DNA of 64,000 bases from a virus (lineage: Duplodnaviria; Caudoviricetes): the IMG/VR virus record IMGVR_UViG_3300037780_000034, positions 192,001-256,000 of that record; one strand, 5' to 3'. Each line of letters opens with the position of its first letter. The stretch's first letter is position 1. Of this stretch, positions 17,874-26,763 are shown piece after piece. A program made the position numbers and the translations under genes. Below the pieces are notes generated by a model. That model saw nothing but the letters and a program-made list of their open reading frames with translations. It did not search any database and was not told the origin of the DNA.

Positions 17874-18161
17874 TTACTTTTTTATCCAAGGATGGGAAAA
17901 AGTAGACACATAAATTTTTAATTTTTTTGGACTTTTTTCATTTGTTAGTTTTAACCCAACATCATACATAATACTATCATTTTTTTGTGATAGTGTTATT
18001 GTATATTCTTTCAATGCTGCATCTTTTTTTAGATCATCTAAATAAACAGAAAACTTTCGCTCTACGACTTTGGCATTGTTTTTTGTGATTACACCATCAT
18101 ATGGTTCTATGATTTTTAATAGATCATACTTGATATCACTGATAGAAATAAGGTTATTCAT
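17874..18161 (-). CDS. Hypothetical protein
   Basis: 95-aa ORF with GAGG RBS. Confidence 0.65.
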   Translation of the reverse strand: MNNLISISDIKYDLLKIIEPYDGVITKNNAKVVERKFSVYLDDLKKDAALKEYTITLSQKNDSIMYDVGLKLTNEKSPKKLKIYVSTFSHPWIKK

Positions 18162-18176
18162 TTTTTCCTCTTTAAA

Positions 18177-18926
18177 TTATGTGTTAATTGATGGTAGAAT
18201 ATAGTCGTATGTTCCAATACCACTATCTATAGATATTTTTAAAACGCCTAACTCACTAACAGACATCTTACACTTTCCAGACATTCCTAGATTCAAAATT
18301 GTAAGAACTTTGCTTAATGGCCAATAAAAGTTTTCCGTATATGTTCCAGTAACATTTGTAGCAAATACTCGTTTACCAGAATAACTTGTTTTTACAGAAC
18401 CTAATGTTATGATAAGATTTCCTTTTTCAGTTTTTAACTGAAAATTCGTGTCACTTTCTCCATATATGGATGCTGCACTTTTTAATTCAGACACTTTTTG
18501 TTTTGTTGGTTCAATCTCAACATTCCATTTTGCGCCTTTAAATTTGATAGTTTTCAACCTTTGATTGATAATCTCTTTACTCATAAAGCGATATCGGTCA
18601 GTGTTTCCTTCTTGATCTTTAAAGATCAAACCATCTGGAATTGTATTTCCATTTTTTTCTCGCAATTCTACATCAACCGTAGAACCACTTGTTTTATAAT
18701 TTGATAAGTTTAAAACACCTTTTAAGAACCCAAGGTTTCCTAATCCAATTTCATCATTGATTTTAGATATAGGTGTGTGCAACTTTCCTATTAAAATTAC
18801 AGTTTTATCAACGTCAATTGTTTCTATTATAGTTTCAGTTTCAGAATCGGTAATTTTAACATTTTCAATAAAGTTTGTTGCAGTATGTTTGACTATATCA
18901 GCAACAATGTCTTTTAATTCAGTCAT
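18177..18926 (-). CDS. Probable sliding clamp (gp45-like processivity factor)
   Basis: 249 aa, beta-rich two-repeat character, directly downstream of polB; no diagnostic motif, so assigned by size and context. Confidence 0.55.
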   Translation of the reverse strand: MTELKDIVADIVKHTATNFIENVKITDSETETIIETIDVDKTVILIGKLHTPISKINDEIGLGNLGFLKGVLNLSNYKTSGSTVDVELREKNGNTIPDGLIFKDQEGNTDRYRFMSKEIINQRLKTIKFKGAKWNVEIEPTKQKVSELKSAASIYGESDTNFQLKTEKGNLIITLGSVKTSYSGKRVFATNVTGTYTENFYWPLSKVLTILNLGMSGKCKMSVSELGVLKISIDSGIGTYDYILPSINT

Positions 18927-18960
18927 TTAAGATAATATCTCCATTTTAAGTTATATAAGA

Positions 18961-18989
18961 ATCATAACAGAATACTTAGTATTTGTCAA
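18961..18989 (-). promoter_or_regulatory. sigma70-type promoter TTGACA-N17-TATGAT with extended TG
   Basis: Starts right after the polB-C stop; spacer ends TTCTGT. Confidence 0.65.
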
Positions 18990-18991
18990 GA

Positions 18992-20005
18992 TTAAAATTC
19001 AAACAAGTCATCAAAATTGGTTTTGTTATAGCTATCTTCAAGTTTCCATTTTAGAACTCCAATTAAATTTTTTACCTTTTTATTAATTATAGCTTCTTCC
19101 ATAGCATCCACGTCAAAAGGAAGTTCTTTAAACCAATCTGGAATTCTTTTTTCATCAATAGGAATAGCAACGCTAGTTATTCCTATTGGGTTCTTTTTAA
19201 GTTTACAAACAATAGTTTTCATACCATCTGTAATCCGCATACTGAAATTATCATTGTATAAATCCAAAAGCTGATTATAATTAATAGCTGCTCTTACGTG
19301 ACCAGGAATTCGTGCTTTTCCTTTATATATCTCGTCACCATCTTTGTCAACACCATATTCTAACTTAGAATAATGTGTTAATTTATTAACTCTTTTTGGT
19401 GTTCCTATGTCCCAAGGTTTCATTTCACGAAAAACTTTTCTAAATTCTTTTATTTTTGATATAACTTCTTTTTCGTCACTGCCTTCTAAGATCATATGTA
19501 ATATATCTTTTAAAAAGTTTTGCATAAAAGTAGGAGTATCACTTCTTTTCAAATCAAGACCCATAGCTTTTACTTTTCCGGGTTTATTGTTTATATCTTC
19601 ACGATACCCTTCGTTATCATACACCATTATAGCGTATCTTTTCTTTTTAATGAAAAGAGCAGTAGACCCAACAATTTCTCTACCTGCGGCAATCGTATGA
19701 TTTAGTCTATCTGGACTATTATGGTTTTCTCTCATATATTTTGCAAATGTTTTATTTACTTCTTCACATACTGCATCATAAAATTCTACTACAGTATCAC
19801 GATCCCAACGTATCTCACCATTTTCTATTTGATCTTTTAATATTGGATATGCAGAAAAATAACTTGAATTATGAACCATAATATTGTTTGCAAAAAAGTA
19901 TGGAGAATTTTTATTCACACCAATATCGTATACATATTCGTCATCAAATGATGATAACTCTTCAACAGTTTCCACTTCAGTTATATTATAGCTTAATTCA
20001 TCCAT
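18992..20005 (-). CDS. polB: DNA polymerase B C-terminal part fused to a split-intein C fragment (IntC, aa 1-46)
   Basis: Intein block F/G VYDIGV...FFANNIMVHN then Ser+1 (SSYFSA); polymerase motifs KKKRYA, KAMGLDLKRSDTP, PGHVRAAINYN. Confidence 0.93.
   Translation of the reverse strand: MDELSYNITEVETVEELSSFDDEYVYDIGVNKNSPYFFANNIMVHNSSYFSAYPILKDQIENGEIRWDRDTVVEFYDAVCEEVNKTFAKYMRENHNSPDRLNHTIAAGREIVGSTALFIKKKRYAIMVYDNEGYREDINNKPGKVKAMGLDLKRSDTPTFMQNFLKDILHMILEGSDEKEVISKIKEFRKVFREMKPWDIGTPKRVNKLTHYSKLEYGVDKDGDEIYKGKARIPGHVRAAINYNQLLDLYNDNFSMRITDGMKTIVCKLKKNPIGITSVAIPIDEKRIPDWFKELPFDVDAMEEAIINKKVKNLIGVLKWKLEDSYNKTNFDDLFEF
19868..20005 (-). mobile_element. Split intein C fragment (46 aa, ends His-Asn)
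   Basis: MDELSY...YVYDIGV...FANNIMVHN|S. Confidence 0.9.
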
Positions 20006-21036
20006 TCTTTACATTCCTTTAATACTTTTTCTGGGTCTTTTTCAAAATCGCTCCACCAAACAATTTTAACTTCAAACCCATTATCTATTGCGGTTTTTAT
20101 TTTTAAATAATCTTGTTTCCATACTTCCGATGCTGTTTTTTTAAGATGTTTATGGTAAAAATTGGATTCATATAACAATGGATTACAATGCCAATAGTCT
20201 CCATTAAATTCAATAATTTTTTTTCTTTTTGTGCAAGTAATATCATAAAATCTTACAGAATCTGTATAATTACACCATAAGGAAAATTGTTTCGTCTTTG
20301 CAGTATATTTTATTTTTTCATCAAGCTCAAGCTCTAAATTTTCAACAAAACACATTTCAGATTTAGATGTGTGTGATTTTGATTGCCGATCTGATAAAAT
20401 AATTAATGCCTGATTGTGACTAACATCATATTTTTCCATTATACATTCAATTTTTTTTGAGTTTCCCTTTTTATTGTTATACTTCATCCACTCATCATAT
20501 CCAAAAGATTCATATATCTCTTCAAAATATTCTAATGAATTTGTATACCGTTGCCTGTCAACATAATGATTCCATATTTCCATTCCCTTGATATGGCCGT
20601 GGCGTTTTATACAATTTTCCATCGTGACTGCTCTAGATTTGTTATATTCATCAAACTCTTCTTTTGTCCATCCAAATTTTTTACTTTTATATTCAAATGT
20701 ATTTTTTACTTTATGTTTATTAGTATATTGTGTCCATCGGTTTAATCCTTCTGTTTCTCCATATCTACAAATAAATGTTTCTTTTGTATTTTTATTTCTG
20801 TTTTTCTTTAAAAATTTAAATCTGTTTATTAAATCATATATTTCATAATTTATTAAACTAATAAAAGTATTATAATTTCCTATTTTAGAAACTAGCCCGC
20901 CTTCATTAACAAGTATATAATTATATAATTTTTCTATTTCAATCAATTCATCTTCTGTAAATATTTTGTTGTTTGTTCTTTTTTTAAATTGTGTTGATTC
21001 TAAGAAATCTTTAAAAGATTTTATTTTATTTGGCAT
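19993..21036 (-). CDS. Free-standing Vsr-like homing endonuclease between the two polB halves
   Basis: SKSE...FYDIT...KIIEFNGDYWH...KQD..K...A...GFEVKIVWWSD; its stop overlaps the IntC start. Confidence 0.82.
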   Translation of the reverse strand: MPNKIKSFKDFLESTQFKKRTNNKIFTEDELIEIEKLYNYILVNEGGLVSKIGNYNTFISLINYEIYDLINRFKFLKKNRNKNTKETFICRYGETEGLNRWTQYTNKHKVKNTFEYKSKKFGWTKEEFDEYNKSRAVTMENCIKRHGHIKGMEIWNHYVDRQRYTNSLEYFEEIYESFGYDEWMKYNNKKGNSKKIECIMEKYDVSHNQALIILSDRQSKSHTSKSEMCFVENLELELDEKIKYTAKTKQFSLWCNYTDSVRFYDITCTKRKKIIEFNGDYWHCNPLLYESNFYHKHLKKTASEVWKQDYLKIKTAIDNGFEVKIVWWSDFEKDPEKVLKECKEWMN

Positions 21037-21088
21037 ACCATATTTTCCTTGCTATTATATATTGTGAAGTCACGATATATAATATTTA

Positions 21089-23341
21089 TTAAAATAATGA
21101 TATAATTTTATCTCCTTTTTTTAGTTCAGTTGGTTTTTTTTCAACTAACTTATCATTTTCTAATACCATTATACTATGATCACTGGTAACTGTTACAGTA
21201 TTTCCTTCATTGTCTGTTATTTTATATTTTTTCTTTGAAACCTTATGTCTATAAACATAATTATAGTTTTCATATCTTAAATTTCCATTATTATAGTTTA
21301 TAACTTTTATTTTGTCATTTCTTGAATATTCTTTATCACCATCTTGCCAATATATTTCGCCTCTGTGAAATAATTCTTCTATAGTTATATCTTTTTGTGT
21401 TTTTTCATAATGAATTTTAATTATAGAGTCGAAAACAACCGAATCAGTGTCGCAATAAATTACAGTATCACCTTTGTAATCATATGTTCCTGTTATTACT
21501 TCATTTACAGATGCTGCCATATGTCGGTCAATACAACGTCCAGTTAGAGTAGTGCTTTGTCCTAAACGTGCATCAAAGAATCTACTACCAACATTTAAAA
21601 GTGCTCCATAAAGTGAATTGAGTAGAATTTTTTTAACTAATTGGCGTTTATCATAGAATACAAACTTTTCATCGTCAATTCCTTTGTGTTCTTTTGCTTT
21701 TGCTTGAATTTCTTTTCGTTCTTTATACCATCGTTCCAATAATCCTGGAATTATGCCCATTATCTCAGTGGTAAAAATAGTTCCATTTGAAGTTAGCATC
21801 CACGGTTTGTTTTCTGCAAATATAATATTATATATTTCTGCACCAGTTGCTTCAATAGTAGTTCCATCTTCAAAATCAACTTTTAATAAAATATCACGGT
21901 TTTTTTCCATAACAAGTTCGTATTCACGTGTTGCAAACTTTCCGTCCCACGCCTCACTTATTTTATCAAATTTTGATAACATCTGTGCAGTTAATTCTAA
22001 ACGTATTTGACCTACTATAGTTTCAGGACTCATATTTAATGCACGCAAAATACTTGGGTAAAGTGAGTTTAAGTCAATGCTTCCTACCCATTTTTGTATT
22101 CCTTTTTTCGGTTCTGCAACATATGCACCAGCAACTGTTTCATTTTCATTTAATGATGTTTCTTCATCATCATCATCAAATGTATATACCTTTCTATCAT
22201 CGTATTCAAATCCATCCAGATCAATAGCTACGGTTTCTTTCTTTCTAAAGTCATTTTTTCTTTTTCTATCTGGAACAATCATTCCACGCTTATGTGCTTC
22301 ATTTACAATAGCTTGGTCAATTTGTGCAACTGACCCCATTGTGGTAGGCAATATAACACAGTTATCGTGTGCAATAACATTTGCTAAATCTATAAATTGT
22401 AATTTTTTATCAAGTTTAACAAGAAGTTCTACGTCTTGTCTGTTATAATCTATGAATTTTTCAAAATCATTGTTATATAATTGATCAAGTGAGCCTTCGT
22501 ATGCAATCTTTGTTTCTTTTAATTCATATTCACTTATAGCATCTAAACTATAACTATGCATTTCGTGATATGTATACTTTCTGTATAATTCTAAATAGTC
22601 AAGATGTTGACGGCCAATAAGATCGTATGTTTCATTTAATTTTCCATACATTTCATACTCACGCTTTACTGGATATTTTTCCCATAAGCATAGTTTTTTG
22701 TTGTATTCTTTTCCTAATACTCTAGTAATTCTGTTTATAAGATAAGGAATGTCGAATCCGGTGCTGTTCCATCCACTTAATACGTCAACATCAGCTATAA
22801 GTTCAAGAAATGTAATTAATAATTCTTTCTCATTTTCCATAAGATAAGAATTTGGAAATTTTTCCATAATGAGGGTTGCATCATTTTTGTCAAGTGTGTT
22901 AGGCTTTACAGCTAAACAAAATGTTTGATTTAAATGTGTAAGATGCAAAGCAACTGCAGTTATCGGATTAAATGGGTCTTCTGGTGGAGCAAATCCTAGA
23001 CGCTTATTGAAATCTACTTCAAGGTCAAAAAATCCTATATTTAAGTTAGGAACGTCTGCATTAGTATAATGTTCTTCTAAAAATCTAAAAAGTGGATTTA
23101 TGTCACTTTCATAAAGTTTTTTTGAACTGTGTATTCGTTTTTCTTTATTGAATTCTTTTTTGTTATCACATACTACTTTTGTCAGTGGTTCACCGAAAAT
23201 AGATTTATATTTTCCTTTTGTATCCGGATAATAAAAAACATACTTAGCAGGATGTTCAAAAAAATGCTGTTTTCCCTTTATACGTTCTACTACATATATT
23301 TTATCTTTTTCCCTATCAAAATAGGCATCAGTATAACTCAA
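21089..23341 (-). CDS. polB: DNA polymerase B N-terminal part fused to a split-intein N fragment
   Basis: ExoI FFDLEVD, ExoII GWNSTGFDIPY, ExoIII YNRQDV, motif A SIDLNSLYPS, motif B KKILLNSLYG, motif C YCDTD followed by the intein; TTG start with GGAGA RBS. Confidence 0.95.
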   Translation of the reverse strand: MSYTDAYFDREKDKIYVVERIKGKQHFFEHPAKYVFYYPDTKGKYKSIFGEPLTKVVCDNKKEFNKEKRIHSSKKLYESDINPLFRFLEEHYTNADVPNLNIGFFDLEVDFNKRLGFAPPEDPFNPITAVALHLTHLNQTFCLAVKPNTLDKNDATLIMEKFPNSYLMENEKELLITFLELIADVDVLSGWNSTGFDIPYLINRITRVLGKEYNKKLCLWEKYPVKREYEMYGKLNETYDLIGRQHLDYLELYRKYTYHEMHSYSLDAISEYELKETKIAYEGSLDQLYNNDFEKFIDYNRQDVELLVKLDKKLQFIDLANVIAHDNCVILPTTMGSVAQIDQAIVNEAHKRGMIVPDRKRKNDFRKKETVAIDLDGFEYDDRKVYTFDDDDEETSLNENETVAGAYVAEPKKGIQKWVGSIDLNSLYPSILRALNMSPETIVGQIRLELTAQMLSKFDKISEAWDGKFATREYELVMEKNRDILLKVDFEDGTTIEATGAEIYNIIFAENKPWMLTSNGTIFTTEIMGIIPGLLERWYKERKEIQAKAKEHKGIDDEKFVFYDKRQLVKKILLNSLYGALLNVGSRFFDARLGQSTTLTGRCIDRHMAASVNEVITGTYDYKGDTVIYCDTDSVVFDSIIKIHYEKTQKDITIEELFHRGEIYWQDGDKEYSRNDKIKVINYNNGNLRYENYNYVYRHKVSKKKYKITDNEGNTVTVTSDHSIMVLENDKLVEKKPTELKKGDKIISLF
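21092..21442 (-). mobile_element. Split intein N fragment (117 aa, starts with Ser)
   Basis: Begins SVVFDS right after YCDTD; block B VTVTSDHSIMV (TxxH); ends ELKKGDKIISLF*. Confidence 0.9.
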
Positions 23342-23362
23342 TTTACGTTCTCCAATTATAAT

Positions 23363-23390
23363 ATAATGAGAACATTTCTGTTCTCATTAT
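23363..23390 (-). promoter_or_regulatory. 12-bp GAAA-tetraloop hairpin just upstream of the polB RBS
   Basis: ATAATGAGAACA-GAAA-TGTTCTCATTAT on the minus strand, 9 nt before GGAGA (23353-23349). Confidence 0.5.
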
Positions 23391-23407
23391 AAATCTATTT
23401 AAGTTTA

Positions 23408-23665
23408 TTAGTTGTTTACTGTTACTATTTCTAGTAATGATTCTAATTCATCAAATTCGTCACGTTGTTTTTGTGCTTCTGCTTTGTATGCTACTTTAAT
23501 TGCTTTGCGAATCAAGGCTGGTTTTAAATCTAACTCTTCTGCAACTGCTTTAATAGTATCGTTTAATCCACCTTTTAGTGCTTCTACTTCGCCAGACACG
23601 TGAACACCTTCTGAAATAAGTTGTTTAATTTTTGTTTTTTCACTATCACTAAAAATTCTAGACAT
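23408..23665 (-). CDS. Small DNA-binding protein, T4 DsbA/DUF2312-like
   Basis: Coiled-coil 85 aa, DTIKAVAEELDLKPALIRKAIKVAYK; upstream of polB. Confidence 0.55.
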   Translation of the reverse strand: MSRIFSDSEKTKIKQLISEGVHVSGEVEALKGGLNDTIKAVAEELDLKPALIRKAIKVAYKAEAQKQRDEFDELESLLEIVTVNN

Positions 23666-23694
23666 AGATTCTCCTATAAGTTATTTGAGTAATA

Positions 23695-23723
23695 ACTATA
23701 GCAGAACCTACTATAAGAGTCAA
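23695..23723 (-). promoter_or_regulatory. sigma70-type promoter TTGACT-N17-TATAGT with extended TG, heading the replication block
   Basis: Boxes at 23723-23718 and 23700-23695; spacer ends TTCTGC. Confidence 0.6.
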
Positions 23724-23728
23724 GGAAA

Positions 23729-25843
23729 TTATAGTGGCGTAGTTATTTCTTGAGTTTCATTTTGTGCATATGAAGGAAGATTATATTTAGTATCACAATT
23801 AAGTGTGGCACTTATAATGTCTATTTGTCCGGTGGCATTATTTCCATCTGGTGTTCCTTTTCTTACTTCAAGACGATAAACTACGGGAGAAAATGCTACA
23901 TAATTAGTATCTAAATATAAAATAGGACTAATATAATCTTGCGCATTAAAATTATATTTATTATCAAATGTTCCTGTTGGAATGGTAGAACTTTCTAAAT
24001 ATAATGATCTTTCTACGGCTGATCCCAATACTCCTTCTCTAACCAATCTATAAGTAATATTAGTTGCACTTGTATGAACCATTCTAAATTCCATAAACAA
24101 ATGATTTACTGGAAACCATTCACGATGTCCTACATTAAGTGTTAATGATAAAATTTCTGTCCACGTATTTGGAACATCTTCTACTATGGGTGTAACCGAA
24201 TCACCAAAAGAACTAATTCTATTAAAATAATTAGAAGATGCTTGTGATAGCCCCCGACTTACCGGAGGAAGTGATGTTACTACACTGTTTACAGTTGGAT
24301 TATTGGCATCATAAATGTAATTAGTAAGTATATTATCAACTGCTGCTGCGGATGCCTGTGCAGTTACAGTGACACGAGAGGATGCAATACTAGAATCAAG
24401 GGTCATAGCAGAAAATAATGCCCCATTGGCTTCTGCGGCAGCACGTATTTCACTAAATTGTGTTAATGATGTTGGGTTTATTGTGATATTATTTGTTTTA
24501 TTATAATTATCACCGGGGTATAAAATATAATTAAAACTATCCAGAAGTGCATTTCCTTTGTAATCTTGTTCTGTATTTTTTATTACAAACGAAGAATATG
24601 GATTATTTTCAAGTGATGTAATTTTAACTACATTATCATTAACTATATGCATCAACACAGATCGTGGATTATCACGATTATCTAATAAAGTTCTTTGAAC
24701 TATTCGTGTATTTCCGCTAAATATTTCTCCTGAACCTATTGCATAATCAAGCATTGCAGGAGTTACTATTTTTGTTAATGATGTTTTTGCATCAATGTCT
24801 GCTTCGTCTGCAATCCAATCACCAGTTGCTTCCGATGCAGATATTGTTCCAGTAGCTGTTATATTTCCATCAATATTTGCGCCCAATGCTGATATCGTTC
24901 CATTAGAATTCAAGACAATGTTGTAATTATTTAAATCGTGTTCTGTTCCGATAGTTCCTGTAAATCCAGCAGCAAAACTATTTGTGCCTACCGTAGTAGA
25001 ATTCATACCTACCCAAAATTTAGAAGTATTGTTTACACTTCTTAAAGAAAACATACTTGAACTTGAAATCGGGTCTGACGATGTTCTTATAGTAACCCCT
25101 GGGCCTGCACCATCAAATGAATTATCTTCCATAAATAATTCACCGTTTCCAACATCAATCGTTAGTTGTCCTAATCTTTTTACATAATAATTATGAATAT
25201 CATAAGAAAGATCAAAGTTTAAATTTATACCTTTTCTTATAGTAGGAAAATCATTTATCAATAATCTACCATCAGGCATTCTTTCCGTAGTAGTTCCTAA
25301 AGAACTTGGTATCCACGGAGTATCATCGGTTGATAACAAATATACAATTTTGTTATTCAATAAAAATTCCATAGTCTTATGCAATACACCAGTATTGTCA
25401 TATCTATTACTAATCATAACTCTATTTTGATTATCAAATTGTAATATGTTTATCCACTCTAATCCAGAATATATATAAAAATAATTGTTAGAAGTGTCAT
25501 ACCATAAATCACCTTCTGTGACAGTATAGTTAGAATCAGTTACCAATGGAGGCGGAATATCATCTACTGTTGTAGAATTTGCATTTTTCCAAACAGAGTC
25601 TTTTGTATAATATTTTAATAAATCTTTTTCAGAGTCATACCATAACTGTCCTACAGTTGGTTTTTCTGGAGCAGTAGGACTTGCAAAATTCTCTAAAAGA
25701 TGCAAAAAGTTTTGTGCAACGTGCTGTCCATAGCCAGAAACATTTCTTCCTAGTAAACGCAAATCTGTATTTGCATTTATTGTTGCATCTTCTATTATTA
25801 ATGGTATCTTACTTAAATCTGAATAATTTATTGTATAGCTCAT
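23729..25843 (-). CDS. Tail fibre-like protein B
   Basis: N-terminal MSYTINYSDLSK...VAQNFLHLLENFASP...GQLWYD, paralogous to 26764-28323; distinct C-terminus. Confidence 0.75.
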   Translation of the reverse strand: MSYTINYSDLSKIPLIIEDATINANTDLRLLGRNVSGYGQHVAQNFLHLLENFASPTAPEKPTVGQLWYDSEKDLLKYYTKDSVWKNANSTTVDDIPPPLVTDSNYTVTEGDLWYDTSNNYFYIYSGLEWINILQFDNQNRVMISNRYDNTGVLHKTMEFLLNNKIVYLLSTDDTPWIPSSLGTTTERMPDGRLLINDFPTIRKGINLNFDLSYDIHNYYVKRLGQLTIDVGNGELFMEDNSFDGAGPGVTIRTSSDPISSSSMFSLRSVNNTSKFWVGMNSTTVGTNSFAAGFTGTIGTEHDLNNYNIVLNSNGTISALGANIDGNITATGTISASEATGDWIADEADIDAKTSLTKIVTPAMLDYAIGSGEIFSGNTRIVQRTLLDNRDNPRSVLMHIVNDNVVKITSLENNPYSSFVIKNTEQDYKGNALLDSFNYILYPGDNYNKTNNITINPTSLTQFSEIRAAAEANGALFSAMTLDSSIASSRVTVTAQASAAAVDNILTNYIYDANNPTVNSVVTSLPPVSRGLSQASSNYFNRISSFGDSVTPIVEDVPNTWTEILSLTLNVGHREWFPVNHLFMEFRMVHTSATNITYRLVREGVLGSAVERSLYLESSTIPTGTFDNKYNFNAQDYISPILYLDTNYVAFSPVVYRLEVRKGTPDGNNATGQIDIISATLNCDTKYNLPSYAQNETQEITTPL

Positions 25844-25857
25844 ATTTCAATATCTCT

Positions 25858-26046
25858 TTATAATTTTGGAAATCTCTGTTTTATTTCTTGAACTTTGTCA
25901 GTCCATTCTTGTAATTCAATTTCGCCACGTTGTGCTTTAAAAAATAATGGATCAGATTCTATACGATAAGCTTCTAATCTTTTTTGTTCAGCTTCTAAAT
26001 TTCTTTTTTCTTTTATTTTGGTAATATCAGCAGTAACTTTAGCCAT
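25858..26046 (-). CDS. Small tail fibre assembly chaperone-like protein
   Basis: RLEAYRIESDPLFF...EWTDKVQEIKQRFP; TAATG coupling supports a start at 26046. Confidence 0.6.
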   Translation of the reverse strand: MAKVTADITKIKEKRNLEAEQKRLEAYRIESDPLFFKAQRGEIELQEWTDKVQEIKQRFPKL

Positions 26047-26441
26047 TATTCTGTAACCTCTACATAAACTGTTTTTGAAATCCAAGGAAATGGCAATTTA
26101 AATTTTACTTCATAATTTCCAGATAAAGGAAAGTCTAATTCTAATATTCCATCATTTATAGTAGTAAGAAACTCTCCGTCAATATATATTTCAGAATTTT
26201 GTGGAAGATTTTCTACAACATAAGAACTTGTTATGTTAATTGTAGTTGATGACGAAATATCTAAAGATGGTCTGATTTTTGGCTTATTGTTTTCTAAGTC
26301 GTGATACATATCTTCTCTACTGATATTGTATTCTGCAATTGCTTCATTTTGTTTTACAGGATAATTGTCAACAGGAGTTGACAAATCAACCTTGTATTTT
26401 ATTCTTCCTGTATTTTTATCATATATATAAAAATTCATCAT
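26046..26441 (-). CDS. Tail-fibre-associated hypothetical protein
   Basis: 131 aa (FYIYDKNTGRI...); GATAAATA at 26472-26479 upstream. Confidence 0.6.
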   Translation of the reverse strand: MMNFYIYDKNTGRIKYKVDLSTPVDNYPVKQNEAIAEYNISREDMYHDLENNKPKIRPSLDISSSTTINITSSYVVENLPQNSEIYIDGEFLTTINDGILELDFPLSGNYEVKFKLPFPWISKTVYVEVTE

Positions 26442-26471
26442 TTAGTTTGTCATTTCCTTAATTATATTATA

Positions 26472-26479
26472 TATTTATC
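26472..26479 (-). promoter_or_regulatory. Late promoter variant GATAAATA
   Basis: Same position relative to a chaperone stop as the 28353-28360 copy. Confidence 0.5.
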
Positions 26480-26498
26480 TTTTTAAATTTTGATACTT

Positions 26499-26762
26499 TT
26501 ATGGCTTTGTTGGCCAAGTTATATTGTTTGGAAATTCTGGTTGACTTGTTATATCACGTAATGCCTGACGATACGTTTGCCAAGCAACTGCATCTACTGG
26601 CGCATCTGGTAATTGTGTCCAATCACTATTTTGTAGTAAAGTGTTTCTATAAGACCGTATGTCCTCTTCTGACATACGAGGTATCTCTTCTGGTGACAAT
26701 TCACGAGTTGTTTGATTTCCAGTTTTTGCATCAATTATTATTTCATAGTATTTTTGTGTCAT
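26499..26762 (-). CDS. Phage tail fibre assembly chaperone
   Basis: IRSYRNTLLQNSDWTQLPDAP...WQTYRQALRDITSQPEFPNNITWPTKP. Confidence 0.85.
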   Translation of the reverse strand: MTQKYYEIIIDAKTGNQTTRELSPEEIPRMSEEDIRSYRNTLLQNSDWTQLPDAPVDAVAWQTYRQALRDITSQPEFPNNITWPTKP

Positions 26763-26763
26763 T

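Noticed and set aside
17874-18161. Resemblance to a tail sheath C-terminal domain
   Set aside because: Only a vague pattern (YLDDLKKDAALKEYTI) in a replication context; not supportable without a profile search
19993-21442. Contiguous intein broken by sequencing errors
   Set aside because: The three ORFs have clean stops and starts, a 52-bp spacer with an RBS, and a coupled overlap, which matches a real fractured-gene layout
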